IMG/VR virus record: IMGVR_UViG_3300042558_000825
Coordinates: 32,001 to 96,000 of that record
DNA from: a virus
Strand: one strand, 5' to 3'
Length of the DNA stretch: 64,000 nt
Shown here piece by piece: positions 58,050 to 64,000 of this stretch (its first letter is position 1; the number at the start of each line of letters is the position of its first letter). Both the position numbers and the translations under genes were made by a program. The notes under the pieces were generated by a model. The model ran no database searches. It was given only the letters and a program-made list of their open reading frames with translations, and was not told the DNA's origin.

Positions 58050-58925
58050 ATGCCAATAGTATTTGAAGGTGCGACTATATCGGGTGGTATTAGTTTTGAA
58101 GGTAGTTCAGTACTACCAATAACATTAGAATATCTAGTAGTCGCAGGTGGCGGTGGAGGTGGCGGAGATTGTGGGGGAGGTGGCGGTGCCGGCGGGCTAT
58201 TAGCATCATCGTTCACCGGCACTCAAGCTATAGCCTATACTATAACAGTAGGAAGCGGCGGAGCAGGTGCAGCAGGTGTTAGTGGTAACAGCGGTAAAGG
58301 CAGTAATTCAAGTATTGTTGGATCAAGTACTACTGTGGAAGCCATTGGAGGTGGTGGAGGTATGACTTCAACTACTAAAGACGGTGGCAGTGGTGGAGGT
58401 GGTCAATTTGGTGCTAATCAAGGTAGCGGAACAGCTGGACCTCCAAGACAGGGATATAATGGTGGCACAGGTGATAACAATGGTAACAATTGGTATGTTG
58501 GTGGAGGTGGAGGTGGTGCTAGCGCAGTAGGAGGAAACGGCACTTTAACCAATGGAGGAGCGGGAGGTGCAGGACTGTCATCAAGCATTACAGGTACTAG
58601 TGTACCATACGCAGGCGGAGGCGGAGGTGGTATATTTTATACCGGTGGCAACAGCGGTGGCAGCGGTGGCGCCGGAGGAGGAGGTGCTGGTGGTGGAAAC
58701 AATGCTAACGGAACTGCAGGTACTTCTAACACAGGTGGTGGCGGTGGTGCTGGTGGTGGCGGTCCTACTAAAGGCAACGGTGCTCTTGGTGGTTCCGGTA
58801 TCGTAATCATTCGCTATGTAGATAGTTATCCGGCTGCAACAAGTACTACTGGTAGTCCAACAATAACTGTATCAGGTGGATATAGAGTATATAAATATAC
58901 TAGTTCTGGTTCAATAACGTTCTAA
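58050..58925 (+). CDS. Glycine-rich domain virion protein
   Basis: EYLVVAGGGGGG..GGGGAGG..YAGGGGG..NTGGGGG..GGSGIVIIRY..GYRVYKYTSSGSITF, a common phage Gly-rich module. Confidence 0.8.
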   Translation: MPIVFEGATISGGISFEGSSVLPITLEYLVVAGGGGGGGDCGGGGGAGGLLASSFTGTQAIAYTITVGSGGAGAAGVSGNSGKGSNSSIVGSSTTVEAIGGGGGMTSTTKDGGSGGGGQFGANQGSGTAGPPRQGYNGGTGDNNGNNWYVGGGGGGASAVGGNGTLTNGGAGGAGLSSSITGTSVPYAGGGGGGIFYTGGNSGGSGGAGGGGAGGGNNANGTAGTSNTGGGGGAGGGGPTKGNGALGGSGIVIIRYVDSYPAATSTTGSPTITVSGGYRVYKYTSSGSITF

Positions 58926-58955
58926 TTTTTTATAAAAACAATACCAACAAGCTAC

Positions 58956-59321
58956 TTATAAAGTATAGTCAGTATCAACCGTAATATCTAATATACTTTT
59001 ACGTTTTTCTTTTAACTTCTTTTGATACACTCTATTACAGTTAGCACATAGAGTTTTCAAATTAGTTTTCTCTTTGTTCTTTTTATTACCATCTTTATAC
59101 ACAACATCTAGTTGACATTTATCTTCTGGAACAAATCCACACTTCTCACATTTGTTCTTTTTATGTAATAGATATCCGTGTTTTGGATTATATGCGGCTT
59201 TACTGCATTCAACACAGTACCTATGCCATTTGGTAAATCCGTGTTTACTAGTACCATTATTTTTTGCTAATGATACTTTACAATTTTCACATAAAGGCCT
59301 TGGTGGTTGTCTAGTAAGCAT
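58956..59321 (-). CDS. Zn-finger / degenerate HNH-fold protein
   Basis: CENC, CVEC and CEKC pairs, plus LDVVYKDGN..NLKTLCANCN; TAAATA at 59326-31. Confidence 0.7.
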   Translation of the reverse strand: MLTRQPPRPLCENCKVSLAKNNGTSKHGFTKWHRYCVECSKAAYNPKHGYLLHKKNKCEKCGFVPEDKCQLDVVYKDGNKKNKEKTNLKTLCANCNRVYQKKLKEKRKSILDITVDTDYTL

Positions 59322-59417
59322 GTTGTATTTAGAAAAAAGATCTCCAGGGTGCTTTTTTCATACAAGTTAACCATCAAAAAAAGATAAATATATTATAATA
59401 ATTATTCAGGATACTAC

Positions 59418-62400
59418 ATGGCAGCAGACGAATTCAATTCATTAGGTGGATACTCAGTAGGTATACCACCCGTTCCTGTAATTGATGCCAATGGGAATGT
59501 AGTTACAAACGTATTAGTTACTACGGGTAATGTTAGTGCGGCCAATGTTTATGCCGCAAACTATTATTATGCCAATGGTAGACCGTTTAATGCAGGTGGT
59601 AATCCATACGGTCCAAACAATAGTTTACAATACAATAATAATGGTACATTTGATGGTAGTGCAAATCTTGTATTTGATAATACTACACAGTTATTAAGCG
59701 TTCCTAGTATAAATATATCCGGTTTAAGTAATTTAGGTCCTGTAGGCAATATCACTATAACAGGTGGGGGTTCGGGATATCTATTAACAACTGACGGTAA
59801 TGGAATATTAAATTGGCAGCCACCTGGTAGTGGTTCTGCAATTAGTAATGGTCAAAGTAATTTAAGTATAAATCAATACAGTGGAAACATAACAGCCGGA
59901 GTAAACGGTGTTGCAAACGTTGTAGTAATTACTAGTAATAGTTTATCAGTTAATGGTAATATTACTGCTACGAATTTTTTAGGTAATGCAACAACTGCCG
60001 GTACAGTAACTACTAATGCACAACCCAATATTACTAGTGTTGGTACATTAACCGAAGTAACAGTAACAGGCAATGTTGTTGCCGGAACTGTCAAAACAAA
60101 TACCCTGTTATATGCTAACGGTGCACCTTGGGATTTGCAAGAAGCAGCCGGTGGTAATCAACAGGTTCAATTTAATAACGGTAATAACAATTTTGGTGCT
60201 AGTATTAACTTTACATTCAATACTAGCACAAACATATTAACAGTACCAAATATTGCGGCAAACGGATCTAGACTAACTTCAATTACTGGTGCAAATGTAT
60301 CCGGTACAGTTCCGTTTGCAAACGTAGCAAATAATGTAGCAGGTGCAAACGTATCAGGTGAAGTAAGTTTTGCAAATGTTGCTAATAACATAGCAGGTGC
60401 AAATGTATCCGGTGAAGTAAGTTTTGCGGCGGTAGCCAATAGTATAGCTTTAGCAAATGTTGTTGGAATTGGTAATATCGCTTCTATTTACTTAGATGGA
60501 AATGTTGCAAACATTCTGCACGGAGATGGTACTTGGAGTGGAGAATCCGGAAATCTTAATGCTAACTATGCAAATTATGCAGGTGAAGCTTTCAGCGTTT
60601 CTGGCTCTAACGTCATCGGGGAAGTTGCAAACGCTAATTATGCGTCTTATGCAGGTGAAGCTTTTAGTGTTTCAGGGGCTAATGTAGTCGGAGAAGTTGC
60701 AAATGCTAATTATGCGTCTTATGCAGGTGAAGCATTTAGTGTTTCTGGAGCTAATGTAGTCGGAGAAGTTGCAAATGCTAATTATGCGTCTTATGCAGGT
60801 GAAGCTTTTAGTGTTTCTGGAGCCAATGTCATTGGTGCAGTCGCAAATGCTAATTATGCAGAAAGTTCAAACACATCAGGTACAGTAACTAGTAATGCTC
60901 AACCAAATATAACAAGTGTAGGTACACTAATTAGTTTAGATGTTACCGGTAATGTAACTGCAAATAATTTTATTGGAACATTTGCTAATGGTACTAGTAA
61001 TGTAAGTATTCCAATAGCTAATGGAAATATTGATATCAATGCTAATGGTAATAAAACATTAGTTGTAACTGGTTCTAATTTAATAGTAAAAGGTGATCTA
61101 CTACCAGAAGCAAATATAACTTATAATTTGGGTAGTACTACACAACGTTGGAAAGACTTATATATATCAGGTAATACCATTGACTTAAATGGTTCTACTA
61201 TAACATCAGATGCTAATGGAATTACATTAGCTAATCCGTTAGGTGGAACGTTTACTGTTATTGGTCAAGGTGCTTCTAATACAGCCTCTATAGTAAGTGG
61301 CAATAGTAGTATTATTGTAGATGAAAATTCAAACGTTAATATAAGTGTTGCTGGGATTAGCAATGTTGTTGTTGTTTATACTGATGGATTACTAGTTAAT
61401 GGTAATGCAAATATTACTGCAAATTTAACTTCAGGTAATGCTAATTTAGGTAATCTAGCTACAGCTAACTACGTTAATATTGCTAACGTTCTAACTGGTA
61501 ATATTGCCAACTTTAGTGGAAACATAACTTCATTAAACGCAGATTTAGGTAATCTAGCCACAGCTAACTATGTTAATATTGCTAATGTTTTAACTGGAAA
61601 CATTGCTAATTTCATAGGTAATTTAACCTCATTAAACGCAGATTTAGGTAATTTAGCTATTGCTAACTATGTTAACATTGCTAATCACTTGTCAGGTAAT
61701 ACTGCTACTTTTATAGGTAATATTAGTTCATTAAATGCAGATTTAGGTAATCTAGCTACTGCTAACTACGTTAACATCGCTAATGTGTTAACTGGAAACA
61801 TTGCTAATTTCAGTGGAAACTTAACTTCATTAAATGCTAATTTAGGTAATTTAGCTATAGCTAATTACATACGTGCAGATGAGTTATTTAATGGAAATAG
61901 TAATGTTAGAATATCTCCTAATGGTAATGTAACAGTTTCTGTTACCGGAACATCTAATGTATATACTTTAAGCAATGTGGGTGCAAATGTTGTTGGTTAT
62001 GTATCAGCTAATGGTAACGGAACATTTGGTGCATTATATTCAAATTCATTAACCTCTCAGGGTAGTAATTTAACATTATATGCGGCAACTGGTGATAATT
62101 ATATTGAACTACGTCCAGCCGGATTAGGACAGGTTGATGTTGGTAACTTTAGGATTCAGAATTTAGGTGCACCTAATTCATCTAGCGATGCTGCCACAAA
62201 ACAATATGTTGATGATGTTGCTCAAGGTCTACATACACATGATGCTTGTGAAGTAGCAACACCTAATACTCTAGCAATCATTACATCTGGTACTATTACA
62301 TATAATAATGGTGCAAGTGGCGTAGGTGCAAATCTTGTTACAACCGGTAGCTTTAATCTGATTGACGGAGTTAACGTTCAAACTGCAGGCACACGTATTT

Positions 62401-64000
62401 TAGTTAAAAATGAAGCAAATTCTGCTCATAATGGCATCTATACTTGGAGTAATGCAACAGTAATTATTCGTGCTGAGGATTTTGATACTGCAATTGAAAT
62501 GGCAGGTGGTGACTTTACTTTTGTTCAACTTGGTTCAATATATGAAAACACTGGTTGGGTAATGACTGATCCAGTTACTGTAGTTGGTACAAGTCCAGTT
62601 AACTGGGTACAATTCTCAGGTGCAGGAACATATCAAGCAGGACCAGGATTAACATTAACCGGTACTGTATTCTCAGTAAATGTTGATAATACCACTACTG
62701 AAATTGCAGGTGGTAATGTAGTAGTTAAAGCAAATGCACAACTAACTACTCCTAACATTGGAGCAGCCACTGGTACAAGCATAAATCTAACAGGTAATGT
62801 ATTAGCTAACAATGTAAATTCAAACAACAAAATAACAACTGTTGATATTGACGTTTCTGGTAATGTTATTGCTTCTAATATATCTGCTAATTCAAATTTA
62901 ATAGTTAATAATGCAACGGTAAATCTACAGCTAACAGGAAATACTGCAAACTTTAGTGGCAATGTATTAATAGATACTTGGCTAACTGTATCTAATACTG
63001 CAAACGTAGGTAACTTACGAACTGATAATCTATTATATGCAAACGGGACACCCTGGGATTTAGAATTACCCGGTGGTAGTAATACACAAATTCAATTTAA
63101 TGATAATGGTTCATTTGGTGGAAATGCTAATCTTTCTTTTAATAAAGATACCAGCAATCTAAGTGTTAACGGTAATGTTGTTGTAGCAACCGGATTGTAT
63201 TATGGTGACGGTGGTGGATTATCAAACATTGCCGCAGGCAATGTTGTTGGTTTAAATCTTTCTAAAATTGCTAATGGTAATTCAAATGTAAGTATACCGG
63301 TAGCTAATGGAAATGTACAGTTTAATGTAGTAGGTAATTTAGTAGCAAATATCACAGGTACTGGGGCAAATATTAACGGGACATTAAATGTCAGTGGATT
63401 AGTAACAATACCTAACACAGCAGGCGGTGCTACTGCAATAGAAATGGGTAGTCCTACTCAAGGTAATCTTGTAAGCAATGCTGTAACTTTAACAACATCA
63501 TCATCCGTGTCTAATGCAATAGCTCAACTAAACGTAGTGTTAGGAAAACTTGTACCTCCTGCACCCCCTAATTTCCCAGCTGGTCAATCAATTACGGTAG
63601 CTAGCTTATCAACATATCGTATGGCAAATTATGTTCAAACTGATAATACCCCTGGCGCTAATAAATCAGTAGCAGGTGGAACAACAGTTACAACCGTACG
63701 TAGAGCAAGTTCTTACTCTGTAAATACTATTACAACAGCTGGTCCAGGTGATACAGGAACTATATCTGTACAGTTAAACGGATCAAATGCAGGTAGCAGA
63801 ACACTTACTGCTAACTTAGATGGTAACGGAACATATAGTAACCTAATAATTACTAACAATTATGATTATCGTAACGCTAATGCAAATATCCCAGCAGGCT
63901 TTTGGAGCGTATTTACATCACAAGCATCTGGTACAGTAACAGAAGGATGGAATGAAGTATTCATTGCTGATAGTGCTACCTCTAATACAAATACATATTC
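59418..64000 (+). CDS. Long Asn/Gly-rich tail-fibre-like protein (>1520 aa, runs off the window; missing from ORF track)
   Basis: ATG 59418 (MAADEFNSLGGYSVGIPP..); same frame open at spot checks and at the window end (..FIADSATSNTNTY). QFNxxGxFGG, LGSTTQRWKDLYISG, DAATKQYVD and RILVKNE..NGIY fibre motifs; TAAATA at 59385-90. Confidence 0.85.
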   Translation, partial: MAADEFNSLGGYSVGIPPVPVIDANGNVVTNVLVTTGNVSAANVYAANYYYANGRPFNAGGNPYGPNNSLQYNNNGTFDGSANLVFDNTTQLLSVPSINISGLSNLGPVGNITITGGGSGYLLTTDGNGILNWQPPGSGSAISNGQSNLSINQYSGNITAGVNGVANVVVITSNSLSVNGNITATNFLGNATTAGTVTTNAQPNITSVGTLTEVTVTGNVVAGTVKTNTLLYANGAPWDLQEAAGGNQQVQFNNGNNNFGASINFTFNTSTNILTVPNIAANGSRLTSITGANVSGTVPFANVANNVAGANVSGEVSFANVANNIAGANVSGEVSFAAVANSIALANVVGIGNIASIYLDGNVANILHGDGTWSGESGNLNANYANYAGEAFSVSGSNVIGEVANANYASYAGEAFSVSGANVVGEVANANYASYAGEAFSVSGANVVGEVANANYASYAGEAFSVSGANVIGAVANANYAESSNTSGTVTSNAQPNITSVGTLISLDVTGNVTANNFIGTFANGTSNVSIPIANGNIDINANGNKTLVVTGSNLIVKGDLLPEANITYNLGSTTQRWKDLYISGNTIDLNGSTITSDANGITLANPLGGTFTVIGQGASNTASIVSGNSSIIVDENSNVNISVAGISNVVVVYTDGLLVNGNANITANLTSGNANLGNLATANYVNIANVLTGNIANFSGNITSLNADLGNLATANYVNIANVLTGNIANFIGNLTSLNADLGNLAIANYVNIANHLSGNTATFIGNISSLNADLGNLATANYVNIANVLTGNIANFSGNLTSLNANLGNLAIANYIRADELFNGNSNVRISPNGNVTVSVTGTSNVYTLSNVGANVVGYVSANGNGTFGALYSNSLTSQGSNLTLYAATGDNYIELRPAGLGQVDVGNFRIQNLGAPNSSSDAATKQYVDDVAQGLHTHDACEVATPNTLAIITSGTITYNNGASGVGANLVTTGSFNLIDGVNVQTAGTRILVKNEANSAHNGIYTWSNATVIIRAEDFDTAIEMAGGDFTFVQLGSIYENTGWVMTDPVTVVGTSPVNWVQFSGAGTYQAGPGLTLTGTVFSVNVDNTTTEIAGGNVVVKANAQLTTPNIGAATGTSINLTGNVLANNVNSNNKITTVDIDVSGNVIASNISANSNLIVNNATVNLQLTGNTANFSGNVLIDTWLTVSNTANVGNLRTDNLLYANGTPWDLELPGGSNTQIQFNDNGSFGGNANLSFNKDTSNLSVNGNVVVATGLYYGDGGGLSNIAAGNVVGLNLSKIANGNSNVSIPVANGNVQFNVVGNLVANITGTGANINGTLNVSGLVTIPNTAGGATAIEMGSPTQGNLVSNAVTLTTSSSVSNAIAQLNVVLGKLVPPAPPNFPAGQSITVASLSTYRMANYVQTDNTPGANKSVAGGTTVTTVRRASSYSVNTITTAGPGDTGTISVQLNGSNAGSRTLTANLDGNGTYSNLIITNNYDYRNANANIPAGFWSVFTSQASGTVTEGWNEVFIADSATSNTNTY
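60288..60449 (+). repeat. 3 x 54-bp in-frame tandem repeat
   Basis: GANVSGxVxFANVANNxA units. Confidence 0.85.
60558..60860 (+). repeat. 4+ x 72-bp in-frame tandem repeat
   Basis: NANYASYAGEAFSVSGANVVGEVA units starting at 60558, 60630, 60702 and 60774. Confidence 0.9.
61437..61868 (+). repeat. 4+ x 99-bp in-frame tandem repeat
   Basis: NADLGNLATANYVNIANVLTGNIANFSGNLTSL units starting at 61437, 61536, 61635, 61734 and 61833 (partial). Confidence 0.9.

Noticed and set aside
60558-61868. Tandem repeats as a CRISPR array
   Set aside because: Unit lengths are multiples of three, in frame within a CDS, with no unique spacers and no cas genes.
557-63418. Numerous 60-240-aa antisense or nested ORFs in the track (e.g. 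3137-3565, 9792-10208, 34157-34879, 53206-53559, 62633-62962)
   Set aside because: They are shadows of the codon bias of long genes on the opposite strand or frame, with no motifs or expression signals.
1-64000. Stop-codon reassignment, as in some large phages
   Set aside because: Code 11 gives near-complete coding density, including an 18-kb ORF, and TAA, TGA and TAG all end genes at sensible positions.

Overview
AT-rich segment of a large T4-like (myovirus-type) phage genome, read in standard genetic code 11; no host genes, tRNAs, rRNAs or CRISPR arrays were seen. (1) Bases 1-8213 (-): a tightly coupled operon of three radical SAM enzymes, a PLP-dependent enzyme, three glycosyltransferase-like proteins, an SGNH-type protein and two small hypotheticals, starting at a TAAATA late-promoter-like motif. 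(2) Bases 8261-40805 (-): tail-fibre and baseplate genes, including a 6118-aa modular protein and gp6-, gp25-, gp5-, gp53- and gp48/54-like genes. (3) Bases 40923-45758 (+): gp55 late sigma factor, gp47/gp46 (Mre11/Rad50) and a Holliday-junction resolvase. (4) Bases 45770-46225: an ORF-poor, heavily base-paired and apparently pseudoknotted element, followed by an AT-rich tract and GAA-triloop hairpins (candidate novel ncRNA and/or RNA-primed origin). (5) A GIY-YIG/NUMOD3 endonuclease and a gp26-like chaperone with a candidate -1 frameshift, divergent from a tape-measure gene with an M15 peptidase domain. (6) The head module: portal, acidic core protein, protease, scaffold and major capsid protein. 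(7) A short promoter-terminator unit (candidate sRNA), two accessory virion proteins, a degenerate HNH protein and a >1500-aa repeat-rich fibre running off the window. All product calls come from motif recognition by eye; no database searches or folding programs were run.
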